A stretch of DNA of 55,944 nt, filler included, from Sphacelaria rigidula (Eukaryota), in the NCBI GenBank assembly GCA_964200075.2. It is 6 parts of 6 records of this genome, joined end to end, with 100 filler letters (N's around TTAATTAATTAA, not from the genome) between each part and the next. Parts side by side here need not be neighbours in the genome. Positions count along the whole stretch, not along the records: positions 9,343 to 18,584 come from CAXNAA020008952.1; positions 18,685 to 27,925 come from CAXNAA020008953.1; 4 more parts are not named here. One strand, written 5' to 3'. This document shows, one piece after another, positions 10,901 through 22,000 of this stretch (the stretch's first letter is position 1; every line of letters begins with the position of its first letter). The position numbers and the translations under genes were made by a program. Below the pieces are notes generated by a model. It saw nothing but the letters and a program-made list of their open reading frames with translations. It was not told where the DNA came from and searched no databases.

Positions 10901-12334
10901 CAGCACGCCGCTAGCATGGACCCCGTGACAGCGTGCGTACCCCTGGCCGGCGTCGAGAAAAAGCCTCGGGTTCATGTTCCCGCAGTACGGGCAGTGCATC
11001 AATTGGTGCGTCTGCGGTGGTGGCTGCTCAAAATGGCCATAATCACGTCATGTACCATACCACCGCATAGGCAGTGACGTCAATCACGAGAACGCAGAGG
11101 GTGCACAGCAACGCAGGCATGGACGGAGGGTGATTAGTGGAGGAAACAACAGGTGTGCGTAAACCGGGTCCATATGATGACGCTACTCGAGACCACGCCG
11201 GATCTTGGGGAGCGTTTGAGCAAACAGAAACCCGGCCTGGCGATATCTCTGACCTTGCTCGCGCACAGCAAAGAGTGCGCTAGCTGCTCAAATCTCGTAT
11301 CCTTTAGTAGTGTACCAACAGCCAATATTTGCCGCAAAAAATTACTTGCGAAACCCGTGTATATCTCACTACTCATACACGAATTTGAAAGCGGAGGGCA
11401 CAATTTACAGGAGATGTCGGTGTCGGTATCGACTGGGGAACAGGAATTGAATCTCGCTGTTAGCTTTGTACCACCCCCGCACCAGAAAATGACAGAGTAA
11501 ATTATTATGTTTGCGTTATCACCCCCCGTAATGTTCGGAACTCCACCAACAAATTCAGTCAGATAAGTTTCGATTCATGTTTTTCTTGCCAAATATGTCC
11601 AACTTTCCCATCAGCGATGCTTTCCCGGACATCGACTACGGCTGGATGCCTGGGGGGTCAGTTGAAGTACGACGATCAATAAAAAAAATCAAATGAATCA
11701 AGTGCCCCACACACATCCTCGAGAGCGACAATTAGAGCTGGGCCTTTTCCATAACGAACACTCTACTCTCTGAATATCACTCTTGGTCGACCAGGAGTTC
11801 GGAGGTAGCGTAGACCGCGGCCACGGGGCTGCTTATCATATCAAGGCAGGTGTCGAGAGACTTTCGGTGATCGACAGCCTCAGGTGGATGTTCGTCTCCT
11901 GTCCAGCTTGGCCTCCAACCAATGGAAACCTCAACACCCACCACTACACGACCGAGCAATGCTACGGTAGGGGTGCACTTTTTGCGCACAATTTTGTCTG
12001 GTTCAGGGGTTCCTAACGATGCATAAGAATATGGGTCAGGGCATCCCCGTTTGCTAGTTCATTCGGGATATTCCTAGCGCATTGGAGTAGTAATCCTGGC
12101 GTACTCTCGCATATTTTCACAAGTCGTGTTTTGGATGAGATGAGGGGCTTCTAACAATTTTAACCTCAGAAAATGTTTGTGCATCCCTACTACAGAAGGG
12201 GGGGGGGGGGGGGGGGGGGTTCTTTTTTCGCATGCGGTGGTGATAAGATTTGCGACNNNNNNNNNNTTCCTCCAAACACCATCAGGGACAATTCTGCGTC
12301 TTCCGGTACATAGGGGGGGGTGGGGTGGGTGGGA

Positions 12335-12750
12335 AAGGCTACTCTGATTTCGCATGCCGTAGTCATGAGACTATCGACCTGGCATCCCGACGAAGTCGAG
12401 AGACGGCGCCCGCCGTGTTTTCGCCTGACCAGTTCCACAATCAACAAGCGCGAAGTGCCGTCATGTGTTCGGCTAGTCGCATGAGGGGTGAGCTGCACCC
12501 TGCTAAGTTTGTTCGGTTCGAGGCGTACTAATCATCTTGAATGAACGGATGCCGACCTCAAATGAGTTGCTTCGTTTTCCGGTACCGCCACTTCCCGCGA
12601 CAGCCACAGATGACACTGCCTCATGGGTGTCTCATCGTCCAGACACTACGAACTACGATCATCCCCTTCTGCACGGAGATGAGGTTCACCACCCTGCACA
12701 ATATGATCCAACTCATCCCCGTAAGAGCTGGTTTCCTGCATGGGGCACCT
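12335..12750 (-). mobile_element. Family A retroposon, diverged copy
   Basis: Follows a G-rich tract at 12313-12332 and aligns to 36430-36800. Confidence 0.75.
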
Positions 12751-12899
12751 GATCTCTCTCACGTGTCTGGCTAATTAGAACGGGGGGAAAAAAAGCAGTG
12801 GGAGCAAGGAACGGCAGTCCAAGCCAGGCCAGCTTATTACACACGGGCCTTTACGTAAATCAATATTTAGCAGCTCCGTCCAGAAAGTTGCGTTTGAAA

Positions 12900-13540
12900 G
12901 ATCGGTATGAGGTATCGCAGGAGCATTACGAAGAAACCATTGTGGGTCATTTGATTTTGTTCATGAGTGAAGGGCAAGTAGAATATTCACAGAAAACCCC
13001 CCTCTCTCTAGAAATAAATAAATGAGTGAATCACAATGGTTGTTCCTGCACCCCTCCCGTGGTACCCCATACCAAATTTCACAGCGCAACTCTCAAAACT
13101 GGAGCGAGAAATCCGAATTTAGCGCATCTCCTGGGGATATCGCAACTACTATTTTGGGATCTAATGCACGCCCTACATATCTCTCGATAGATGACGAAGT
13201 AGGTGAAGGTGAGGGTATCGATCGCTTCCCTGCGCCATAAGCAATGTTCACATCAACAATGCTCGTCATCGTCTGATTATTTCGCGACAGGGTTTGCGTG
13301 TTGACTCTAGAACCGAAACATCATCGTGGGATTTACTCGACAAGGGCGTTCAATCAACGACAAAACATCTGACCGGAATGTCAAGTAGGTGGGCATCTTC
13401 CCGCTGGTTAGACGATTAGAAACATGTATGCGTGGACCGCCGCCCAATTCGTCTGCGTCGGTGACATGAGGCGGTGACAGTGTGAACCGATTTTTCAGGC
13501 AAGCCCAACTCGTGAGACGTTGGGGGGTCTCCCACGCGAA
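12900..13540 (+). pseudogene. Decayed coding relic of unknown family, homologous to 22160-22810
   Basis: Colinear peptide blocks [83 protein letters not shown]; contains stops and frameshifts. Confidence 0.45.
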
Positions 13541-14790
13541 GTGAATAAGCGTTTACTCCTCACACATCTATTTCTTTCACGTAGCTTACGGCTAGCTCAC
13601 TGTGGATCAGTCAGGGTGCCTACACCAGCGTCCCTTGCAAAACAAATTGCAGTAGCGACTTCGGAGAGGTGCGCTACATCCGAAGAGGATAATTCGGGAT
13701 CGGTACGCTGGTGGTTTGGAACGAAGAGCTAGCTTACTGTACGCTGCGTACAGGAGAGAGTTATTTGATGAATGAATATAAATGCTTTTTGCGGCTGGCA
13801 ATTAATTCAAGACTGCAAAAATCACAAAACAGAGTTGGCGGAGTTCGTTCAGAACTATAGAAAGCGGGTGGCAGAAACAAAAACAAAACGTGTAGCAAAA
13901 ACCACACCCACGGCAGCAAACAAAACCACCGATTCCAAATATACACACGGCAGTTAGTTGAAAGAAGGCAAAACAAAAGCAAAAGGCAAAACACACACGC
14001 GAACACACGTTGCGTCCAACGTTTGGACAGACCAGCGACACATCCAAGAGATTCTCATGAAAAAAAAAGGAAAAAAACGAGGGAAAAAAAGTACAAAAGA
14101 AATGATAATAATTATAATTAAAAACAACAACAAAAACAACAAAATGACAGATTTAAGTACAATAAAAATACCATTAAATAAAATACACTAAGTAGGAAAT
14201 AAAAAAGTACGAGGAAAAAATTGAAAATAATTGAAATGACCAACAAGCCGGCCCACTTACCCGACCAGCCTGACTACCGCCCGCACCATCTGCAGACAGG
14301 GCGTCGGCAGCCACGGTCTCGGCCTGCTGATTCAACAGCAACCCTCGTAACAGACCGGCGTTCACAATAGCTTGGATTTGGAGGTACGTTCGTGTACGGG
14401 ACTGAATTTTTCCCGACGGGGAAAACAACAACGAAAAATAGGCGCACAAATGCACCGAGCCAATTTCACAGTTCATTTGAGAGATTGAGAAACAGGGGGG
14501 GCAAGAAGGGCACAACAGGGGGGAGGGCTGAGTAACAGAAAGGGGGGGCTTACAAGCGTTGTTGAACGTTTGTTGAGATTGAGATGAGGCTGCTCCGATG
14601 AAAACGTACGAAGCAAGAGCTACAAACAATGACAAAACTAGAAATTTACAAGAACTCAAGTTGCAAGGCGCAGGCGCCATGAAGGCAAAAGAAAAAAAGA
14701 ATGAATGTTCGGTTGGTGCTGCTTGAAATTGAACATCATTCAAATTGAAGGGGCACGAGACCCGCTAGGAGAGAGCACAGGTACCGTTTC

Positions 14791-14979
14791 CACAGGCTGT
14801 ACAACGACAAAAGACATCGTTGACAAAAAGTGCACGGTGTAGGGTACAGTATCGAGTATGTTGTCTAATGCTACAATCAACAATGGACCTAGTGTCAAAT
14901 GCTACATTAGGCAATAGATTCGATACTGTACGCAATACACTTTCTGTCAACGTTGTCTACTGTCATTGTCCAGACTGTG
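14791..14979. mobile_element. MITE, CACA(C/G)(C/T)CTGGA(C/T)AATG-TIR family
   Basis: Left CACAGGCTGTACAACGACA, right TGTCATTGTCCAGACTGTG; the internal motif TTCGATACTGTACGCA is shared with other copies. Confidence 0.65.
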
Positions 14980-15187
14980 ACCTTTACCGTAGGGTAAACA
15001 TTATTTGTCCTCACATGTGCAACACGTGCAACCTAATAGGGCAAAGAGAACAAAATGATGTCTACAGTACAATGATCTGTACTGTGCGACAGCGTCTTGT
15101 TTTGCGTGGACGTGAGCATGGCGGGATAATAAAATAAAAAAAAGTGAAACGTTCAAGTATTCCCCCTACTCAGTCCACATCTTATTA

Positions 15188-15381
15188 AGGATACCTAAAC
15201 CTCGGCTCGCCATGTCCTGGTTTGTTTTGTTTTATTTTTTCACGTGAAAGTGATCGTGATTCATAGGAGGACCTGACCAGGCGGTGAAAAGGTCTCATCG
15301 TCTGATAAATCGCCATCACTTTCACTTGAAAAAAATAGAACAAGACAAACCAGGATACCAGGAGCCGAGTTCGAGATACCT
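15188..15381. mobile_element. Hairpin-type MITE with about 70-bp imperfect inverted arms
   Basis: CTCGGCTC..TCCTGGTTTGTTTTG..GTGAAAGTGAT versus ATCACTTTCAC..CAAGACAAACCAGGA..GAGCCGAG. Confidence 0.65.
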
Positions 15382-15599
15382 CTATTATGGGAACGAAACG
15401 TCTGTTTGTTTTTTGTCAAAAGCCCCTACTTCGATCCTTCGACAGCATTCTTGAGAGTACTTAGCGACAACAGACGGCAAGGCGGATGGATAGGACCACC
15501 CACTTCGAAATAAATGACCTACTGGGTGGTATCTGAGAAGAGTTCCACCGCCATTTTCACGCGATTTTTGGGGGTGCGCGCAGTCTTACGTTTGCTCAA

Positions 15600-15913
15600 C
15601 CCTTTCACTCCTCAGAGTAGGCGATCTGTTGAATCGGCATCATGAACCTTATTTTGGGGGTATAAATGATGCCGATTCAACATATCGCCTACTCTGGGGG
15701 CCAACGTTTTCAAAAACATAGACAAAAATCCACAAACGTTGCAGTTCCACCGAAGTGACAGGCTTGGGCCAAAAGGCTACAAGGTTTGTGCTATTTCTAT
15801 ATTTTCTGCCAAAAGTCGGACTGGGTGCACCAAAAATCACCGAAATGTGCTGGAATTCCCCTCCCTGCAGATAGCACAGCATGTCATTCACAAGAAGAAC
15901 AGCGTCAGAGGGT
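15600..15913. mobile_element. piggyBac-like non-autonomous element with an internal palindrome
   Basis: CCCT..AGGG ends with TCAA/TTGA flanks (degenerate TTAA). 31-bp inverted repeat at 15613-15643 / 15666-15696. Shares the motif ATGATGCCGATTCA with 3754-3913 and, nearly identical, with 17116-17236. Confidence 0.5.
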
Positions 15914-16038
15914 TGAAATAGGCACACCTTTGATTGGGAAAAAAAACGTTGCCGTTCCCACAAGAAGTAATTCCACACCGCTCATTATGGGAGATGTTCT
16001 AGGGGGTGGACAGAGGGGGGTGGGGGGGGTGGGGGGGG

Positions 16039-16098
16039 CGTTCTCATGTGCTGCTTACCTCAGTCGTCTGACCATTGACCACGCATCCCTTTCGAGAC
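16039..16098 (-). mobile_element. Family B retroposon 3' end with 16-bp TSD
   Basis: Direct repeat GGTGGACAGAGGGGGG at 16005-16020 and 16099-16114; the G-tract at 16021-16038 corresponds to the poly(C) tail. Confidence 0.8.
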
Positions 16099-16122
16099 GG
16101 TGGACAGAGGGGGGGGATATTG

Positions 16123-16279
16123 CACACCCTCCCTAGACGACGACGACGACACACAACATTGCCCAAAACTGTACCGCATACAGTATCGATTTTATTGTCT
16201 ACTGCCAGTGACAACAAATTCGATACTATACGCAGTACACTTTTTGCCAATGTTGTGCGTTGTCATTGTCCAGACTGTG
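16123..16279. mobile_element. MITE, CACACCCTGGACAATG-TIR family
   Basis: Right TIR TGTCATTGTCCAGACTGTG with a degenerate left TIR; aligns with 14791-14979. Confidence 0.6.
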
Positions 16280-17115
16280 CAAGGAAAGGTACATTTCACC
16301 GCATCTTATGGACCTAATCAAGGGATTATCGCCGCTATATATCGTCAACACCAAGCACTACCGCACCAAAGAATCTAGCCCACTTACCAAAATTCCAATT
16401 GCAAATGAGAAAAAAAAAAAGTGACAAGATGCTGTGCGAAAAAAAACCCGGCGACTTGCCAACTTTTTCACATCGTCTTCTACTTTATTTTTTTCCCTTG
16501 GCCATCTTCAGCTATATGTGTTCCTTGGCAATGGGCTATTCGGCAGCACCTCCACACCCTGGACAGCATGTGGTCTCGTCAAAAGTTTCACTAAAAAAAA
16601 AGTGTGTGTGTTGTTTTCGACTACAACTGATGACCATATACCGTCCAGAGCGTGAAAACCTTGAAGCAAGTCCAACTACACCATCACAGAGTGATGGCGA
16701 GCTAGACGATCCACTTCCAAGCGAGTTGATGCTTGGTGTCACCGACGCCACATCGCGACGAGAATTCCAGTTCAGGGTCAAAAAACGCCGTCAAAATGTA
16801 CACAATCTCCTATATCCAAATGAATGGCATCCCGTATCCACAAGAAGCAACCTTGAACAGATGATTCTCAGCAAGGGGAACGAAAATCCTGTAATCGAAT
16901 TAAAAGAAGGAAAAAAAGATGTTCGGAAATGTGGCAAATGGCACCCCTCGGAGGTACCTACGAGGGAAGGAAAACCCCAGCTATTGTGAGAGACATATAC
17001 TGCTAGTATGCTCGGAGTAAGAAATACTGTGACAGTAGATACCGCGGTCGGTCAGATAAAGATGTCACAGTTACATCTCACTACAAGCTCATTCACTCGA
17101 TTTTCCAACCTCAAA

Positions 17116-17236
17116 CCCTTTGGGAACCCAGTGGCGGGTTCTGTTTTTTGTGAATCGGCATCACTTTCAGTCATCTTCAAGTCAAAATGATGCCGATTTC
17201 ACACAAAACAAAATTCGTCAATGGTTTCCGAAAGGG
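17116..17236. mobile_element. piggyBac-like MITE
   Basis: CCCTTTGGGAACC ... GGTTTCCGAAAGGG-TTAA; internal TCAAGTCAAAATGATGCCGATT is shared with 3754-3913. Confidence 0.65.
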
Positions 17237-18495
17237 TTAAGGTGGAGGTCCCCGATAAATCGGTTCAACCTCCACTTTTCCTCAGAAGGTGCCTTCGAAG
17301 GCACCGTCGAGGGGTGTACCCTTTCGCACGATTCCGAACACGTTTTCATATAATTTTATTTCGATACAAAAATTCCGTTCCCGGTTGTCAGAATCCCTTG
17401 GTCTCAGCACGGCACAAGAATCTGAAAAAGCAGCAAATTCGTGTGAAACCAGATCGTATCCATTTCTATTCATATCCTGGACCATGACCATACATCCTAG
17501 TTTCCTGAATTTTAACCTGAAAGATGAACTGTTCTATTAATTCAGTCAACGCACCCTCAACACCTTTCTCGTGGGAACAATGCGTCATGCCACGTCGTTT
17601 TTTTCCAACGCGATTACATCCGGCCAGAGAGAGGTGAAGAGTTCCATTGAGTCTTCACGGTGGGCAAGTGAAGAAAAAAAAGGGGGGAGGGGTGGGGGTG
17701 GGGGTGGGGGGATGAGCACCGATCTCCGCCAATTGGACGGCTTCGAAGAGATTGCTGCAGCGTTACCGGATGTTGTTAGATCGGCGGATTAGACATGGAA
17801 TACTGTCCCCACGAATGAGGATGTCGACCTTCGTCCAGGGTGCGTTGATCTGAATCGTCCATGGTTCAGGTCAAAACTGCCGGATACTAACATGCATGAT
17901 CATGGTCCAGGATCTGGAAAAAAGCTCACGATCTGGTTTGCACAAAACGGGTAGATACTACTGCTCGGACATCGGGAACAAATCAATTGGAGGGTAAAAA
18001 CGAAAGACTTTTCTAGACCCAAACACGATCCAGACTCTGTCAAGCGTCGGGACCCCAAAAAGTCGGGTGAATCTTCATTGCAGTGACAAGAAAGGCGGGT
18101 GACGAGTTTGCAGGCGATCGTTCTTGGAGAAAGGAAGAAAAAAAACGAGAATATCAAATCCGTCCTCTTCTCGAAAATGTAATGGAGTTGAAATGCATCA
18201 ACAAGATTCTTTCAAGATACAACAAAACTCACCCAATTGGAGCACAGCAACCACGGCGTCACACATGAGGTTATTTCATCACCGACCTAACTTGGCCATT
18301 GCGGATGGACAATAAAGACCACGAGATGACGAACTACAGGATATCAAATGCAGGGAACGTATACCAGATTGAAAGGCGCTTCCTCATGTATCGGACGTTC
18401 AGTCAGAGTACAACATCATCCTTCGCTGTTGATGCCCATCATTCTACAAGCTCTCCAGTACCATGCTGTTCCGAGTTGTATCTTACGAGTACGAG

Positions 18496-18530
<35 letters not shown>

Positions 18531-18584
18531 ACACCGAACACACAAACAACACACCAAAACAAAATCAAATATACACACATCACA

Positions 18585-18684
18585 NNNNNNNNNNNNNNNN
18601 NNNNNNNNNNNNNNNNNNNNNNNNNNNNTTAATTAATTAANNNNNNNNNNNNNNNNNNNNNNNNNNNNNNNNNNNNNNNNNNNN
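18585..18684. other. Artificial contig spacer
   Basis: N44-TTAATTAATTAA-N44. Confidence 0.97.
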
Positions 18685-18882
18685 TGATTCCAGTACAAGT
18701 AGGTCTCCTGTAGTTCAATCGGTCCCATACGGATCTTTCGTGGTGCGGGTGCCCTTTTTTCGTGTAAAGGTTTGTTTCTTGCCTTCTTCTGCGGGCTGGG
18801 TATATTGGTGGTATGCTCCTTGCACTCTGTGACCACGGGTTCGAGAGATCGAGCTAATGTGATGGATATAATAATAATAATA
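18685..18882 (+). mobile_element. (TAA)n-tailed interspersed repeat end
   Basis: The terminal about 55 bp are identical to 9343-9397; the extent of the upstream part is assumed. Confidence 0.6.
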
Positions 18883-19007
18883 TATCTCATTTTGAAAACA
18901 ACACAAGAGAAACGCTGACAATTTTAATTTGTCAAGTGTGTCATTCCTGTTGCTCACGGCCACCCGCTGCTCCAGTTCAGTCGAAGCCAACAGCCGCGTG
19001 TGACATC

Positions 19008-22000
19008 ATGACGAAGGAGGCGACGGTGAGACGACGTGGAGTGAACAACGCTATATTCTCCACGAGATGGTTTGCATTTGATTCGCTGACGGGTCTTGTT
19101 CTTCGTGCCGCTGTATTCTGCTCATGGTTTCGCGTTCGCCGTGTGTGGTCGCCGATCACCTGTGCTGCCCCAGACACAGAACCAACGGTCGGGCGATTGC
19201 ATGACACCCCCTTTGCTCCTTGTAACCCTCTTGCCGACTGTCGACCTACAACATTGTCCGGAGTTACAGGTCCCAGCATCGAAGTGGTATGCGGCTGATG
19301 ATGTGAAAAAGAAGAAGGTGCCGCAGAAGCACAACCCTACGAAGCTTCGCAGTACCATCAAGCCAGGAACTGTGCTTATCCTCCTCTCTGGGCGCTTCCG
19401 CGGCAAGCGAGTAGTTTTCCTGAAGCAGCTTCCGTCCGGAACGCTGTTGGTGACCGGTGAGAGTCGAAAGCTGATCAGATATGCCTTGTTTACTGGTGCC
19501 GTGTAGCAAAGTTGCTTTCGCTGCTTTCATGTCACTTCCGATTGCGTCAGAGTATCACAGAGAATCACAACAGATGGCAGAGTTGTGCTCACCTTACCTC
19601 GTACCGTAGGTTACGATGTTTAACACCCCTCGGTGTAATGTTCAACTCTCTTTTTTTGTACGGGGGAGTCGACTGTACTACAAGTTTCTTTCAAATCAAG
19701 AATTGACAAGGCATGCGTGGGATAACCGTCGTCAATTCTCAATGGCGCCAACACAAATGAGACATGATCTCCTGGGTCTACAACTGTAACTTGGTGACGC
19801 GCACACACAACCGCACTGGTCGGCGCGGTAGTGTCTGCTGGTCGGAGTAACGTGTCGTCAGCAGGGAGACTCGGACCAGGGATGGCAGGAACAGTTTTTG
19901 AGCCCAATGACGTGACCGATGTGCGCGAGGAATGAGCTAGTGGTCGGTGTACTGTCTGCGTTTCCCGCATGCCTCAATGTGGGGGTGCCTGGTGGCGAGA
20001 GTGACGTAAGATCCTAGCAGTTGATCAGCCGATGAGTGCTAACCTGCTTATGAGAACTGGGGGTTTTGGAGAACTGTGCTTGTGTACGATGAAGCATCGT
20101 GTACGCGATGTGGTCTGGATGGTGGAGGTTTTGTCGCTCATTGCTCGCACGTGTCAACATACAACGCCGAGCTGTGGGCGAAGCGCAGGTGCCCCGTTTT
20201 GAGTCGAGAATTTCGGCTCAACATTGTAAGGAATGTAGAAGGAATTTCGTGAAGCCCAGCATCTTTGCCTCTCAGTGCCCGCTTGTGCCGCGAAACCGCG
20301 TGCCTCAAGTGCCTCAAGTGCTACACCATCAATTTTTGGGAATACCGAAAACCTGGCGGGATAGTTTTGCTTTGTGACGGTCACTCAGAATTGCCCCATT
20401 CCACATGGAAGCCACCTGGAGGGTAGTCGGGAACCCAGTGTGGGTGCGGTCTAATTTCACGGATAATGACACCTACTCTCTCGTTCCAACGCAGTACAGA
20501 TGGTGGTGGTACATTATCCTTGTACAAAGAACCACTTGAAGAGGATGCCGTAACAGCAGGCATGGCCTTGTCCGTTTGACAAACGACGAAACCACGCATA
20601 CACCGTGAAGTTTTCAACAGTGTGCATGTAGACGGCACTTGCGTGCCAAACATGATTATGGACAGGCACACACAACAGCAACATCGCAGCTCAGAGAATC
20701 CTGGCGGAGACGACACGGTCTTCTATCGGACTACACCAGTCTAGTGCAGCACGTGAAGAAGGACATGAAGTATACTGGAGTACAGTGAAATAGCACATAC
20801 CTCATGGCCTGCTCCAACTGATTTGGAACAGGTGCTTGACAAGCGGGTTCCGATTTCGAACCCAGGGTGATGTCGCATCTGTTCTGAACATTTGACAGCG
20901 ACACCCTCCGCAGGTGAACTGAGTCGGAATGTCAACGTTTATGGTTCAAAACGGCTCTTTTCTCGCCACCACTTCAGCACGAACGTGTAGATATGGCATG
21001 TGTATAAAAAAACCCCTCATAACCTGCCAGTTTGATCCTCCAGTCTATTGCCCGCAGGGTTGGTATGTACGAATGTGTGCCATGTCGTCACTCGATACAG
21101 CGGCAAAAAATAGCAAAGTAATGTCGCTCTCTGATCATCACTAATTACGACGTCCTAATGATGCCCTTGCCTGGCGTCGAACAACACCGCTGTGCGAAGC
21201 TATTTGCTGGCAACACATGAGGTGTCAGACGGGCGCCACAGACCTTGTCTAGAGTACAAGGCGAGAAACTTGACCTGTGAAATCATGCTTCAATTGCTAC
21301 GATCAAGATGAGAGATACCGGTAGACAACAACGTAGTCCACCTATCTTATAGGCTAACTACGTGATCATTTTGACAGCCGTGATTGGTCGGAATGGTCAT
21401 TCCGCCCCTCTTGAGCCTCCGTTCCGGCTCGAAATCTTCCGCAGACGGCTTTCGAACACACGTGGCAAACTTGGTTGAGGCGTTTCTTCACGCAGGCAAC
21501 TAATCTCGTTCCTGGAAAACGGGCGGCTTTTGATTGGTCGCTGCGATACCACCTCCGCCCCCAGAAAAGATATCCCCTTCCACCTGTATATAAGTCCTCT
21601 CGGAGAAGAAGGTTATCCAAAAGTGCAAGAACACTTGCTAGAATCCCCCTTTTCCCGATGGGATTGCTGTTCACCTCGAAAGGGAACACATACGTCCCGT
21701 TGACGAGGGCACATGCAAAGGCTTTACACACTACCCAACACAGTGACAACTGAACCTGAGGAAACTGGTGACCCCGCAGACCAAAAACGCACAACTCGGG
21801 CCGTTACCGCTCATGAGCTATGCATGATGTGCGTGACCTCCCTCAAATATGTCTGGTATTCACTGAGGAGATTTGTTCGGCTGTTCATGACACGCACGCG
21901 GCCGCCATTCGTCCAACACAGGACGCATTTCAGTCGAAGACTGCCACGTGCAGATGAGCCAGAGTTAGCATTGAACTAATGCGCGTGAGTGGTCCGTATC

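Noticed and set aside
13880-14240. K/N/T-rich ORFs
   Set aside because: Low-complexity A-rich sequence with no splice or homology support.
20600-20760. HVDGTCV resembling the Harbinger transposase DGT motif
   Set aside because: The downstream catalytic motifs could not be found; too short to support.
20820-20940. GGGTTCGAAATC B-box on the minus strand, possible tRNA
   Set aside because: The T-stem, acceptor and anticodon arms do not form.
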